DNA of 64,000 nt. Origin: a virus. Position numbers and translations under genes: made by a program. Shown in pieces: positions 1-9,644 of this stretch. The notes beneath the pieces were generated by a model, which searched no databases, was not told the origin of the DNA, and saw only the letters and a list, made by a program, of their open reading frames with translations. The stretch lies in the IMG/VR virus record IMGVR_UViG_3300037587_000516, positions 23,127 through 87,126 of that record, one strand, 5' to 3'. Numbering within the stretch: the first letter of the stretch is position 1; every line of letters begins with the position of its first letter.

Positions 1-1503
1 CAAAGTCACCACGTAAAAATGCTACCAGAGATAATCAAACCTAGGAAGTCTAGAAAGTTTTTAGTATCTGATGATTTGATGGGATGGGCTGATGCAATTA
101 AAGCATTACTTAGATCGTATATGTGTGGAAAATCTATGCCTAGGTTTGACTTCTCGGACATAAGGCCAAAGGGGACACCACTAAAAACTGCCGGAGGGCT
201 TGCGCCAGGTCCAGTCCCGTTGTCATTGTGTCTAAACAAGATACAAGCAATACTAGATGAAAAGGAAGAGTTCTCGAAACTAACAACACTAGAGTGTCAT
301 GATATTATGTGCCACATAGCAGATAGCGTTATGAGCGCCGGGATTCGCAGATCTGCCACTATAAGTTTCTTTGACATGGACGATGATGATATGTTGACAT
401 GTAAGTATGGAAGTTGGTGGGAAACCAATCCCCAGAGAGGCAGAGCCAATAACAGTGTGGTTATTGTGAGACATAGAGTTAATAAGTCTGACTTTATGGG
501 ACTGTGGGAGAAAATAAAAGCAAGTGGAAGTGGTGAGCCTGGGATATATTTAACTAACAATAAGGACATTATGGCCAACCCATGTAATGAGTTGAGCTTA
601 AAAGCTAATCAAATGTGTAATCTAACCGAGATAAATCTTGGTAATATATCCGATCAACAAGATCTAAATAACAGAGCCAAGGCTGCGTCTTTCATAGGAA
701 CACTACAAGCATCTTACACTGATTTTCATTATTTGAGAGATGAGTGGAAAGAGGTGTCAGAAAAGGATTCTCTTATCGGAGTAGGGTGTACTGGGATAGC
801 ATCTGGCTGTTTTAAAGAACTAAGCCTAGTAGAAGCGGCTAAGTGTGTTAACGAAGAAAATGAACGGGTAGCGGGTGTTATTGGAATAAATAAAGCATCT
901 AGAACTAATTGCATTAAGCCCAGCGGGTCATCTAGTATTGTACTAGGGTGCTCTAGTGGAATACATGCATGGCACTCTAAGTATTACATAAGAAGGGTCC
1001 GAGTGGGAAAAGATGAGCCTATTTATGGTTATTTGGTACAAAATCACCCAGAACTATTAGAAGATGATATATTAGACGCTAAAAAAACTGCAATTATAAC
1101 TGTACCAGTGGAAGCCCCAGACGGATCAATAACCAGAGAAGAGTCTGCTATAGACTTATTGGAGAGGGTAAAGTTATTCCACAATGACTGGATTAGACCT
1201 GGACACAGAAAAGGAGATAACACTAATAACGTATCAGCAACTGTTAGTATTAAAGATGATGAATGGGATGATGTTGCAGAGTGGATGTGGAGTAACAGGA
1301 ACAGTTATAATGGGTTAAGTATTCTTCCCCATTCTGACCACACTTACACTCAGGCACCGTTTGAGGAGATCACTAAAGAGGAGTTTGAAGAGCTATCAAA
1401 ACACCTGACAGATATTGATTTATCTAATATAATAGAAGAAGAAGACGGCACAGATTTATCTGGGGAAATTGCGTGTAGTGGTGGCTCTTGTGAAATTAGA
1501 TAA
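1..1503 (+). CDS. nrdJ: Class II (adenosylcobalamin-dependent) ribonucleotide reductase, 5' end outside window
   Basis: Frame open from base 1 (QSHHVKMLP). Motifs NPCNE...CNLTE, CIKPSG, HAWHSKYYIRRVR and C-terminal GEIACSGGSCEI Cys pair typical of monomeric class II RNR. Confidence 0.9.
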   Translation, partial: QSHHVKMLPEIIKPRKSRKFLVSDDLMGWADAIKALLRSYMCGKSMPRFDFSDIRPKGTPLKTAGGLAPGPVPLSLCLNKIQAILDEKEEFSKLTTLECHDIMCHIADSVMSAGIRRSATISFFDMDDDDMLTCKYGSWWETNPQRGRANNSVVIVRHRVNKSDFMGLWEKIKASGSGEPGIYLTNNKDIMANPCNELSLKANQMCNLTEINLGNISDQQDLNNRAKAASFIGTLQASYTDFHYLRDEWKEVSEKDSLIGVGCTGIASGCFKELSLVEAAKCVNEENERVAGVIGINKASRTNCIKPSGSSSIVLGCSSGIHAWHSKYYIRRVRVGKDEPIYGYLVQNHPELLEDDILDAKKTAIITVPVEAPDGSITREESAIDLLERVKLFHNDWIRPGHRKGDNTNNVSATVSIKDDEWDDVAEWMWSNRNSYNGLSILPHSDHTYTQAPFEEITKEEFEELSKHLTDIDLSNIIEEEDGTDLSGEIACSGGSCEIR

Positions 1504-1507
1504 CTAT

Positions 1508-1990
1508 ATGGTAATACTTGGGACTAAAAAAGAGCGAATTCTAATAGACTGCGAAGATTTTGCTAAATATTCTGGTTATAACTGGAATTGTTATAGTGGA
1601 TATGCAAGTAGATTCACAAGAGATACTGAAACAAAAAAACTAATCAGACACCTAATGCATAGAGGTATAATGAACAACCCAAGCTCTAGTGTGGATCACA
1701 TAAACGGAAATGGACTAGACAACAGAAGGATTAATCTGAGAGTGTGCACAACACAACAAAATAGCTGCAACAGAAAAAGTGCGAAAGGGTCTTACTCTAG
1801 GTACCTTGGAGTAGCTTACCACAAGAGAGACAAAAGGTGGCAGGCACAGATACGCACAAACAAAAAGCGGATATACTTAGGATATTTTAAAACAGAAAAA
1901 GAAGCAGCAGATGCTTATGACACAGCTGCTGAAAAATATCATGGAGAGTTTGCAAGATTAAATAGAAACATTAAGGACGGTAACGAATGA
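1508..1990 (+). CDS. HNH-AP2 free-standing endonuclease
   Basis: VDHINGNGLDNRRINLR HNH motif followed by AP2 domain (YLGV...WQAQI...YLGYFKTEKEAADAYD). ATG 1508 preferred over 1469. Confidence 0.9.
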   Translation: MVILGTKKERILIDCEDFAKYSGYNWNCYSGYASRFTRDTETKKLIRHLMHRGIMNNPSSSVDHINGNGLDNRRINLRVCTTQQNSCNRKSAKGSYSRYLGVAYHKRDKRWQAQIRTNKKRIYLGYFKTEKEAADAYDTAAEKYHGEFARLNRNIKDGNE

Positions 1991-2010
1991 CTGAATATTA
2001 CAGAAATAAC

Positions 2011-2039
2011 TTGACATATCCCAAAACATAGGAGATAAT
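2011..2039 (+). promoter_or_regulatory. sigma70-type promoter
   Basis: TTGACA-17-GATAAT, with ATG 2046 six nt downstream. Confidence 0.7.
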
Positions 2040-2045
2040 ATTAAC

Positions 2046-2270
2046 ATGAATAAAACAGAAGAATTGCTAGACTTATTACTAACCGCGCCAAAATCACAAA
2101 TAGGCATAACCACATATACCAGACTCCAGCAAGTAAAAGAATCTGCCGAAGAAAAGAGAGCCGAAATGTTGGAAGAAGTGATCAAGGACAGCGAATTGTT
2201 TAATCAAGACTCTGAGTTTGCAGTGATGACAATGAAGATTTTATTGAAGTTAGCAAAGGACGATAAATAA
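2046..2270 (+). CDS. hypothetical protein
   Basis: 74 aa ORF directly after promoter, in + strand gene run. Confidence 0.65.
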   Translation: MNKTEELLDLLLTAPKSQIGITTYTRLQQVKESAEEKRAEMLEEVIKDSELFNQDSEFAVMTMKILLKLAKDDK

Positions 2271-2280
2271 GGAGACTTAA

Positions 2281-2541
2281 ATGATATACCAATTAACTAA
2301 AGTTAAAAAAACAGAGCCGCAGGAAGTTACCACTGAGTATGTAAAGGTGGGCCAGGTTATTAGAGGAACATTTCCAGAAAAGCCACAAGTAGGAAACGCT
2401 TTTCTTTTTATAGCAACGCGGTATAGCGAATCAGTGGCAACCAGTACTGTAATGGAAGTTGATTCCGATGTTGAGCCCGGCATAACTTACATAACTACTA
2501 GAAATAGTGTCTACAAGCTAGAAGAATCCAGTGACGCTTGA
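2281..2541 (+). CDS. hypothetical protein
   Basis: AGGAG SD; C-terminal ITTRNSVYKL motif common in small phage proteins. Confidence 0.7.
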   Translation: MIYQLTKVKKTEPQEVTTEYVKVGQVIRGTFPEKPQVGNAFLFIATRYSESVATSTVMEVDSDVEPGITYITTRNSVYKLEESSDA

Positions 2542-2839
2542 AACCTATAGAACATTAGAAGTTGGAGATGAAATTCACCTAACGCAGAAACATAGAAATT
2601 GGTTAGTTGAAAGCATGTTTGAAATGCATTCCGTTCGGGGCAACATCCTAAAAAGTGACACTAGTATTATCCAATGTGCAACAGAGGCAGCAGGTTTGTA
2701 TGAAAAAATTATAGTGATAGACTTATTATGTGATGTTGGGGGCGGAGATCCTAGAATGCGAGTAAGGTTTGAATATTCAGATGGAAGCAGTAGACACACA
2801 GTATTAGGGTATGATTCTGTTTACCAAAGGAGGCAGTAG
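2531..2839 (+). CDS. hypothetical protein
   Basis: Tightly packed ORF between neighbours. Confidence 0.6.
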   Translation: MTLETYRTLEVGDEIHLTQKHRNWLVESMFEMHSVRGNILKSDTSIIQCATEAAGLYEKIIVIDLLCDVGGGDPRMRVRFEYSDGSSRHTVLGYDSVYQRRQ

Positions 2840-4153
2840 GTGTTAGGGCAGCTTAATGAGATATTTATACAATTTAACGAGTTTGCCAAATCCAGCCCGG
2901 TCGTAGCCGGTATTGCTGGACTTTGGGGTGCCAGCGTAGTTACGTTTTTCCTCAGAGGCATACCTAGCCGAATCTTTGAGTTCATAAAGCGCCAAACTAC
3001 CACAACCCTAGTAGTAAACAATCACGATAACGTATACTATTCTTTTCTTAAGTGGTCAACGGAAAATAACCTGAACACTCTAGTTAGAAATCTCCACTTT
3101 GGTAACAATAAAGATGGATATGGGAAAGGCAGGATAACCATAGGATATGGTCAATCCTTTTTCTTTTTTGGCAGACACATATTTAGAATGTCCCGCAATA
3201 AAGAGGACGCGGCACAAACTAGAGAAGTCAAAGAGTCCATAACCGTCACGGTTTTGGGAAGAAACCATAAGATATTTGATCAACTGTTTACTAAGATACT
3301 AGAAATGGAAAAAAAGGACCGCGAGAAGAAAAAAGAGACGTTAGAAATAAACGTATGGAGACATGACTATTGGAGAACTGGTTGTACCACATATCTTAGA
3401 CCAATGTCAACTATAATACTAAACAAAGAAACCCGCAACAATATAACAGGTCACATTGATGAATTTCTGTCCGATAAAGACTGGTATATGAAGAATGGGA
3501 TTCCATATAGGACCGGCATTTTACTTTCGGGACCACCAGGGACCGGAAAAACGTCATTACTAAAAGGACTTTGTACTCACTACGGAAAAGACCTGTATTT
3601 GCTTCAATTAGATGGATTAACTGACAAATCGTTTTTAGACGCCCTGTCAAGCGTACCACCGGGTTCTGTGATTGCCATTGAGGACATAGACACCTGCCAT
3701 GCATCGAGCAGCAGAGTGACTCCTGTGGCCAAATCACCCGCTAGAGCAGAATTTGAAAGAGCAGTGGGAATAAACGAAGTTGAGGCAACCAAAGATGATT
3801 CAACTTCCTCCATGGGATTAACCCTGTCCGGACTTTTAAACGGCATTGACGGAGTTGCCAGCGGAGATGATAGAATACTAATTGCTACAACAAATCACCC
3901 CGAAAAGCTGGACCCGGCATTAATTAGAGACGGTAGATTTGATTTGAAAGTGGAAATTGGATATGTTTCAATGGAAATGCTCCACTCATTTTTTGAAAAG
4001 TTCTACCCAGATACTAAAATACCAAGTGATTACAAGATTAAAGCTGGTATAGCTCCTTGTGAAGTCCAAACGCTGATTTTCAAGAATCGGGATAACCCGG
4101 AAATAGTTTTGGAGAAACTGCTTGACAAGCCTGGCAAAACTGTGCAATACTAA
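2840..4153 (+). CDS. BCS1-like AAA+ ATPase with N-terminal membrane anchor
   Basis: Hydrophobic N-terminus, WY..NGIPYRTGILLSGPPGTGKTS Walker A, IAIEDID Walker B, LTLSGLLNGIDG, TTNHPEKLDPALIRDGRFD. Confidence 0.88.
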   Translation: MLGQLNEIFIQFNEFAKSSPVVAGIAGLWGASVVTFFLRGIPSRIFEFIKRQTTTTLVVNNHDNVYYSFLKWSTENNLNTLVRNLHFGNNKDGYGKGRITIGYGQSFFFFGRHIFRMSRNKEDAAQTREVKESITVTVLGRNHKIFDQLFTKILEMEKKDREKKKETLEINVWRHDYWRTGCTTYLRPMSTIILNKETRNNITGHIDEFLSDKDWYMKNGIPYRTGILLSGPPGTGKTSLLKGLCTHYGKDLYLLQLDGLTDKSFLDALSSVPPGSVIAIEDIDTCHASSSRVTPVAKSPARAEFERAVGINEVEATKDDSTSSMGLTLSGLLNGIDGVASGDDRILIATTNHPEKLDPALIRDGRFDLKVEIGYVSMEMLHSFFEKFYPDTKIPSDYKIKAGIAPCEVQTLIFKNRDNPEIVLEKLLDKPGKTVQY

Positions 4154-4170
4154 ATAAAAGGAGAGAGATT

Positions 4171-4284
4171 ATGACACCAGAAATAGCACTAATACTAAAG
4201 ATTGTAGGGATTGTGTGTTTTACACATAGCATGTATACGTTTGGTCTTTTTGATTATAGTATTAACAAGAAGGAAGAGTTATGA
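4171..4284 (+). CDS. small membrane protein (37 aa, not in ORF track)
   Basis: AAGGAG SD, MTPEIALILKIVGIVCF..., stop overlaps ATG 4281; TTGACA at 4122 upstream. Confidence 0.55.
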   Translation: MTPEIALILKIVGIVCFTHSMYTFGLFDYSINKKEEL

Positions 4285-4574
4285 GTTCATTAATGGCCGG
4301 AACACTTATGATAGCATTTGGCATAGTAATTATAGCCGCCGTTATAATACTGGATATAACAGGAAAGATAAATATAGGACCAAAATTAGCAGCGATTCCT
4401 CCGGAAGAAGTTCCGGAATGTTGGAGAGTTAAGAAGGTTGAGCATGTGTTTTATACTGACGACACAAATGAAATTTACATAATGGACGGAAGTTGGAGAG
4501 CAACTCAGCATTCGAGGTTAATTAGTGGCGAAGTTGAACAAATCGAAGGCTTAATATTTTTGGGCGAGCTGTGA
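4281..4574 (+). CDS. membrane-anchored hypothetical protein
   Basis: N-terminal TM helix; ends LIFLGEL; overlaps next start (GTGA). Confidence 0.65.
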   Translation: MSSLMAGTLMIAFGIVIIAAVIILDITGKINIGPKLAAIPPEEVPECWRVKKVEHVFYTDDTNEIYIMDGSWRATQHSRLISGEVEQIEGLIFLGEL

Positions 4575-4840
4575 AAACAATAATAAGAGATAATGTTTGG
4601 ACCAGACCAACTAAATTCACCGGAATAGTTGAATCTAAGAATGGAGATAAGGCTTGGTATTTGAATGGAGAATACCATAGAGTTGACGGACCTGCTCTTG
4701 AATGTGCTAATGGCACTGGGTATTGGTGGCTAAATGGCTCACATATATTAGAAACAGAGCATTCTAAAAGAACAGCTTATTTAAGAACTACTTTGGGTAA
4801 GTTGATATTTAATGAGCATTTTAAGTTGGAAGAGTCATGA
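4571..4840 (+). CDS. HRVDGPA-repeat family protein, copy 1/15 (MKTI-type, 1 unit)
   Basis: FTGIVE...WYLNGEYHRVDGPA...RTTLGKLIFNEHFKLEE. Confidence 0.9.
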   Translation: MKTIIRDNVWTRPTKFTGIVESKNGDKAWYLNGEYHRVDGPALECANGTGYWWLNGSHILETEHSKRTAYLRTTLGKLIFNEHFKLEES

Positions 4841-4980
4841 AAAAGTTAGTATTTGTATTCTTTGATAATTATATCGGCGACTTTGTTGAAATGACCCCAA
4901 CAGAGAAGAACTTGCATCAATTGTTTAGCACTAGAAACTCTAGTTTTTATTCGCATTTAACTTATTTGGGAGAGCTATGA
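4837..4980 (+). CDS. small protein (47 aa, not in ORF track)
   Basis: MKKLVFVFFDNYIGDFVE...HLTYLGEL; ATGA overlaps at both ends. Confidence 0.65.
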   Translation: MKKLVFVFFDNYIGDFVEMTPTEKNLHQLFSTRNSSFYSHLTYLGEL

Positions 4981-5246
4981 AAGTGTTTAAAGGGTGGTTT
5001 GGTGAAAAACCAGATAATTTCACAGGAATTGTCGAAGAGCCAGATGGAAGTAAGCGTTGGTGTTTAAATGGCCTACTTCATAAGGTTGACGGACATGCTG
5101 TTGAGTGGTACAACGGAAATAAGTTTTGGTGTTTGAATGGTAATTATATGACAGAAATAGAACACACTAAAAGAACAGCGTGGATAAAAACTACTTTGGG
5201 CAAATTGATATTTAATGAGCATTTTAAATTGGAGGACAAATGTTAG
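4977..5246 (+). CDS. HRVDGPA-repeat family protein, copy 2/15 (MKVFKGW-type, 1 unit)
   Basis: WCLNGLLHKVDGHA variant; KTTLGKLIFNEHFKLED. Confidence 0.9.
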   Translation: MKVFKGWFGEKPDNFTGIVEEPDGSKRWCLNGLLHKVDGHAVEWYNGNKFWCLNGNYMTEIEHTKRTAWIKTTLGKLIFNEHFKLEDKC

Positions 5247-5374
5247 GATTATTAATAGGCATTGTAATTGGGCTTGGCATAGCAGTTATTGTTGTCAAGT
5301 ACAAAAAAGAATTATTACCTATAAAAATTAAAAAGGACGAATCAAATGATAAAAGAAGGAATAGTTCTAAGTAA
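5240..5374 (+). CDS. small membrane protein (44 aa, not in ORF track)
   Basis: GGAGGA SD from upstream gene; MLGLLIGIVIGLGIAVIVVKYKK. Confidence 0.6.
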   Translation: MLGLLIGIVIGLGIAVIVVKYKKELLPIKIKKDESNDKRRNSSK

Positions 5375-6152
5375 GGGCGGAAAGTTATTTAAAACAGATT
5401 GGTTGTATAATGAAAAAACAGAAGAGGGCGAATTAGTTACTTTTGACGCAACTGATATAGCTCCCAGACTGTTATTTGAAACTGTCAGCTTTGACGATGA
5501 CGTAACTTTGCGGGACATATTTCGACTGCTGAATAGGCACATTGATATACTGGAGCCCCTTTTAGGAAACTGGTGTAGAGAGTTAACTGCCGAAGCGTTG
5601 TCTGGAATTGGACCGGCGTATTCTAACAAGTATGATGCCGAAGGAATTGAGTATTTAGAACTTACTCATTCGTTTGGGGAAAATACTTGGGACGGACACA
5701 CAGAAAGTTTTGGGAACATTTACCCTGATTTTGGCGGAAAGGGTTTCATGTTAAAAGAAGATGCTACTCATGGAGACCATACTGGACCAGAGGGCGTAAC
5801 TATTGGACATGAGGCGGGTAGTAGAATAAGTTGGGGACTGGAATTATCTTCTCCAAATACATTAATCAACATACCCATAAAACTAAACCCAAATACTGAA
5901 ATATACCATACGGATTTATCAGAAGAACGTACCATAAAGTCGGACAAGGTTGCTACGTTGAACAACTTGGGGTTTTCGTTAGGGCAGATTTTGTATGGGA
6001 TTGTGTGGGAGTTAACTTTTAATGGTCCGCCAGAAGTTAGAGACGACTTAAAAGCGGAGCTAACCGGCCAAGTAAAAGAAATTACTGGAGAGGTAGAAAA
6101 GCCAAAAGGGTCTCATTTATCAGTAGTTAGAAATGGTGAAGAAAAAACTTGA
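5346..6152 (+). CDS. hypothetical protein
   Basis: 268 aa ORF with AAGGA SD. Confidence 0.75.
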   Translation: MIKEGIVLSKGGKLFKTDWLYNEKTEEGELVTFDATDIAPRLLFETVSFDDDVTLRDIFRLLNRHIDILEPLLGNWCRELTAEALSGIGPAYSNKYDAEGIEYLELTHSFGENTWDGHTESFGNIYPDFGGKGFMLKEDATHGDHTGPEGVTIGHEAGSRISWGLELSSPNTLINIPIKLNPNTEIYHTDLSEERTIKSDKVATLNNLGFSLGQILYGIVWELTFNGPPEVRDDLKAELTGQVKEITGEVEKPKGSHLSVVRNGEEKT

Positions 6153-6177
6153 CATTGAACTTTGGTAGGAGTAGTAT
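6149..6177 (+). promoter_or_regulatory. sigma70-type promoter
   Basis: TTGACA-17-TAGTAT, ATG 6184 six nt downstream. Confidence 0.7.
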
Positions 6178-6183
6178 TAGGTT

Positions 6184-6519
6184 ATGAAGATATTTAAAGG
6201 GTGGTTTCGTGAAAGACCAAAAAACTTCACAGGAATAGTCGAAGATACAGGCGGCGATAAGTATTGGTATTTGAATGGTAAGTGGCATAGAGTTGACGGA
6301 CCTGCTTTTGAGTGTAAAGACGGCAGTAAGGTGTGGTATTTGAATGGGGAAAGGCATAGAGTTGACGGACCTGCTATTGAGTGGTCTGGTGGTGGTAAGT
6401 ATTGGTGTTTGAATGGTGAATATATGTCAGAAGAAGAGCATTATAAAAAGACAGCTTACCTTAGGACTACTTTGGGTAAGCTAATATTTAATGAGCATTT
6501 TAAATTGGAGGAAGGGTGA
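6184..6519 (+). CDS. HRVDGPA-repeat family protein, copy 3/15 (MKIFKGW-type, 2 units)
   Basis: Two 23-aa WYLNG..HRVDGPA units plus conserved tail. Confidence 0.9.
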   Translation: MKIFKGWFRERPKNFTGIVEDTGGDKYWYLNGKWHRVDGPAFECKDGSKVWYLNGERHRVDGPAIEWSGGGKYWCLNGEYMSEEEHYKKTAYLRTTLGKLIFNEHFKLEEG

Positions 6520-6743
6520 AAGAAAGAACTCAATTAGTATTAGCCGGTTATATTTTAGATGGTAAGTTTGATTTTTCTGTAGACCTTCCTTTTGTTAAAG
6601 TTGAACTAACTAGTTCGGAAATGAGAAAGTTAATTAACATGGAATATGGAATTAGATCTAAAAGATCTAGAATTATTAAAAAATACATGACTAGATTAAT
6701 TAATGTTTTCTGTATAGAAATTGTAAAGGATCTGATAAAATGA
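6516..6743 (+). CDS. hypothetical protein
   Basis: GTGA overlap with GGAGGA SD. Confidence 0.6.
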   Translation: MKERTQLVLAGYILDGKFDFSVDLPFVKVELTSSEMRKLINMEYGIRSKRSRIIKKYMTRLINVFCIEIVKDLIK

Positions 6744-7222
6744 AAAATCACATTATTACACTAATTGGCATACCAAATAGTGGGAAGACTACATTTGCTG
6801 ATAAACACTACCCGGACTATACTAGAATATCCTGGGATGATACGATGCTAGAGCTTTACCCAGCAGAAACGTATGGGGAGTCGTTTAAATTGGCAAAACC
6901 TTATTCTATGGACATTTTGGACATAACTCGCAAGAGGCTCTCAGAGGCCCTAGAGCGCAAGGAAAACATAGTCCTTGACCTGACCCATCTTAAGCGTAAA
7001 ATGCGCTCAGATCACCTGTCAGAGGTTCCTGAGAGCTATAAAAAGACCGCCGTGGTTTGTGTGGTTCCAGTTGGGGACATTTATGCTAGAAATGAGGCGC
7101 GGGTTAAGATTGGTAAGCACATAGATTTTAAGATACTAGAAGGTATGTTACGGCAGTATGAAGAGCCGACTAAAGAAGAGTTTGATGAGATAATCTTTAA
7201 TTGTAATTCAGGAGTAAACTAA
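6740..7222 (+). CDS. P-loop kinase (polynucleotide-kinase/AAA_33-like)
   Basis: LIGIPNSGKTT Walker A, ISWDD, NIVLDLTHL..R, RNEAR, EEPTKEEFD. Confidence 0.8.
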   Translation: MKNHIITLIGIPNSGKTTFADKHYPDYTRISWDDTMLELYPAETYGESFKLAKPYSMDILDITRKRLSEALERKENIVLDLTHLKRKMRSDHLSEVPESYKKTAVVCVVPVGDIYARNEARVKIGKHIDFKILEGMLRQYEEPTKEEFDEIIFNCNSGVN

Positions 7223-7584
7223 TGTTTGGGTTTAAAATTGTTCGGGAAGATGAGTATAATGAACTAGAAAAAGCAGCTACTCTTCACCAAAGAGTTTATA
7301 CGCTAGATAGGTGGTTTTCTGGATGGAAAGACCTAGATATTATATGGAACTACTTAACAGGAAAAGACAATACAAGCGACACATGGTCGTTGCGACAAAG
7401 TTATGCGGACAAAAGAAAAACAGGAATATATGGAACAACCCTTGAAGAGCAGAATTCGGAATTAATAAAAATACTAGAAATGGGATCAAATTTAGATAAC
7501 TATAATATTACTACGTTTGGTGAGCTTTGTGGCCCGGTTATGGAAATGAAAGAGGCACTACAAAAAGCAAAGGCAATGATATGA
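7222..7584 (+). CDS. hypothetical protein
   Basis: AGGAG SD, TAATG overlap. Confidence 0.7.
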   Translation: MFGFKIVREDEYNELEKAATLHQRVYTLDRWFSGWKDLDIIWNYLTGKDNTSDTWSLRQSYADKRKTGIYGTTLEEQNSELIKILEMGSNLDNYNITTFGELCGPVMEMKEALQKAKAMI

Positions 7585-7841
7585 AAAAGCCTAGAGAATT
7601 TACTATTATATATGATGGTATGAACGACCGACCAGTTGGTGCCGAGAATGGACGAAAACGGTCAACCGCAAGTGGCGGAGGTAGCATGGTCTGTATTCCG
7701 GTTATTGAAAAGTCTGCCTACAATAAGGTGATTAAAGCACTAAAATACTATAAAGAAATGGGAACTGCTGATGAGTTCTATTTTGGATGGGATGGCCATG
7801 AGGTTGCGGAAAAGGCGTTAAAAGAGTTGGGGGAAAAATAA
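7581..7841 (+). CDS. hypothetical protein
   Basis: ATGA overlap start at 7581 (MKKPREFTII). Confidence 0.65.
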   Translation: MKKPREFTIIYDGMNDRPVGAENGRKRSTASGGGSMVCIPVIEKSAYNKVIKALKYYKEMGTADEFYFGWDGHEVAEKALKELGEK

Positions 7842-7844
7842 AGC

Positions 7845-7873
7845 TTGACAAATCAGATAAAATGAGTTATATT
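7845..7873 (+). promoter_or_regulatory. sigma70-type promoter of recombination genes
   Basis: TTGACA-17-TATATT. Confidence 0.7.
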
Positions 7874-7892
7874 AAATAAAAGGAAACGTAAT

Positions 7893-9014
7893 ATGAGACT
7901 ATCACACAGCGCCATTCAAAAGTACTTAACGTGCGCCGCTCAATATGATGCCCACTATAATCTTAAGATCCGCTCTGAGAAGTTAGGAAGTCCTTTGTTG
8001 TTTGGAACTGCTGTGGATGAAGCCCAAGGCATTATGCTGCTTAGTAAGATGGATGATGCCGATTTAACGGACGAAGAACGGGCAACTATGGACAGAGATC
8101 CGTTTGACGTATTTGATTACCACTTAACAATGAAGGTAATTAAGCAAGATATTGGACCAGAGGATATAAGAACCTCTCCATATATTGAGTATTTTGGAAG
8201 TGATTTTGAGCCCGGGGTTCTTTTAGAAGAAGACTGGGTTAAATTAGAGCAGTTCATAAAAAATGCCGGGTACGAGGCAGATGATCCGGAAGAGTTGTTT
8301 ACAATACTAAAAGGTAAGATTAAAGAAGGAGACGCATCATTAACAGATCAGTGTTATTTTAACTATGCATCGTGGTTATCGTTGAGAAGAAAAGGGCACT
8401 TAATGCTTGAGTTGTACCGCGATAAGATCATGCCGTTGATTGACAGGGTTTATAGTATTCAAAGGAAGGTTGATTTGCCAAACGAAAATGGCGATGAGAT
8501 CATTGGGTATATTGATATTGAGGCATCTTTAGTTGGACATGAGGGTATTTTCACAATTGATAATAAAACTTCTGGGCCAAAGTATAAGCAGAGTGATATA
8601 AATGACAAGGGTCAATTAGTATTATACGATGAGTTTACCCAGAATGGTCAAGCTGCATATATAGTGCTACTGAAAAAGCCCAAGTTAATTAAACACAAAA
8701 CCTGCTTGTCTTGTGAGGGTACTACTACTAGATCAGTTAAAAAGTGCGCGGCAGAGGTAGAAGGAGTTCGTTGTAATGGCGAATTCTCCAATGAAATCGA
8801 GATAGAGCCCGAAATGCAGTATCAGATTTTAACTGGTGACATAGATGAAGAAAAAAAAGATTTGCTATTTGAACAGATTGATGATATACTAAGTAAAATT
8901 GAAGCGAAAGAGTTTCCTCAGAATAGAGATGCTTGTTTTCAGTTTGGAAAACCTTGCGCATATTTTAACTACTGTAGAAATGGTAGTATGGAAGGTTTGG
9001 GGAAAGTAAAATGA
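7893..9014 (+). CDS. PD-(D/E)XK Cas4/RecB-like exonuclease
   Basis: LSHSAIQKYLTC, GYIDI...IDNKTS, QLVLY, C-terminal C..FGKPC.YF.YC Fe-S-type cysteines. Confidence 0.82.
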   Translation: MRLSHSAIQKYLTCAAQYDAHYNLKIRSEKLGSPLLFGTAVDEAQGIMLLSKMDDADLTDEERATMDRDPFDVFDYHLTMKVIKQDIGPEDIRTSPYIEYFGSDFEPGVLLEEDWVKLEQFIKNAGYEADDPEELFTILKGKIKEGDASLTDQCYFNYASWLSLRRKGHLMLELYRDKIMPLIDRVYSIQRKVDLPNENGDEIIGYIDIEASLVGHEGIFTIDNKTSGPKYKQSDINDKGQLVLYDEFTQNGQAAYIVLLKKPKLIKHKTCLSCEGTTTRSVKKCAAEVEGVRCNGEFSNEIEIEPEMQYQILTGDIDEEKKDLLFEQIDDILSKIEAKEFPQNRDACFQFGKPCAYFNYCRNGSMEGLGKVK

Positions 9015-9355
9015 AGGTGTTTAAAGGGTGGTGTAAGGATAGACCACATAAATTCACGGGAATTGTTGAAACTCCAGGTGGCACTAAGTATTGGTATTTG
9101 AATGGTGAATTTCATAGAGTTGACGGACCTGCTATTGAATATTCTAAGGGTGGTAAGTCTTGGTATTTGAATGGAGAAAGACATAGAGTTGACGGGCCTG
9201 CTATTGATTGGACAGATGGAAGTAAGTCTTGGTTTTTGAATGGTGAGTATATGACAGAGGAAGAGCATGCTAAAAGAACAGCTTATCTTAGGACTACTCT
9301 TGGTAAGTTGATATTTAATGAGCATTTTAAACTGGAGGAAAACAGTGTCAACTAA
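9011..9355 (+). CDS. HRVDGPA-repeat family protein, copy 4/15 (MKVFKGW-type, 2 units)
   Basis: Two HRVDGPA units plus conserved tail; sits inside the recombination operon. Confidence 0.9.
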   Translation: MKVFKGWCKDRPHKFTGIVETPGGTKYWYLNGEFHRVDGPAIEYSKGGKSWYLNGERHRVDGPAIDWTDGSKSWFLNGEYMTEEEHAKRTAYLRTTLGKLIFNEHFKLEENSVN

Positions 9356-9644
9356 AGCAGAAGTAGAAAAAGAGAATAAAACATTGCGGGCTGAAATTCG
9401 TGAATTGCGTAAAGCCTCAAAAGAATCTAGCGCCTCATTAGAGGGGATGCCCTTTACTGGGATCGGAGTTGGATTAGATAGTGATGGAAAATTTAACCTT
9501 GTTCATATCAAGTTTGATCTTGAAAGTAAGTCCGCAGCAGTTGCAGAAACTTTGCGGGTAATGGATTACGCTCCGGAAACGGCAGGGTATGCAAAAACCG
9601 CATTAGTTGATGAAATAATTAGACTCAGTAAGGAGAGAAAGTAA
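9345..9644 (+). CDS. hypothetical coiled-coil protein
   Basis: GTG 9345 behind GGAGGA, in frame with track ORF 9318. Confidence 0.65.
   Translation: MSTKAEVEKENKTLRAEIRELRKASKESSASLEGMPFTGIGVGLDSDGKFNLVHIKFDLESKSAAVAETLRVMDYAPETAGYAKTALVDEIIRLSKERK

Noticed and set aside
7893-9014. Cas4 as part of a CRISPR-Cas system
   Set aside because: No cas1/cas2 or array; context next to ERF indicates a recombination exonuclease.
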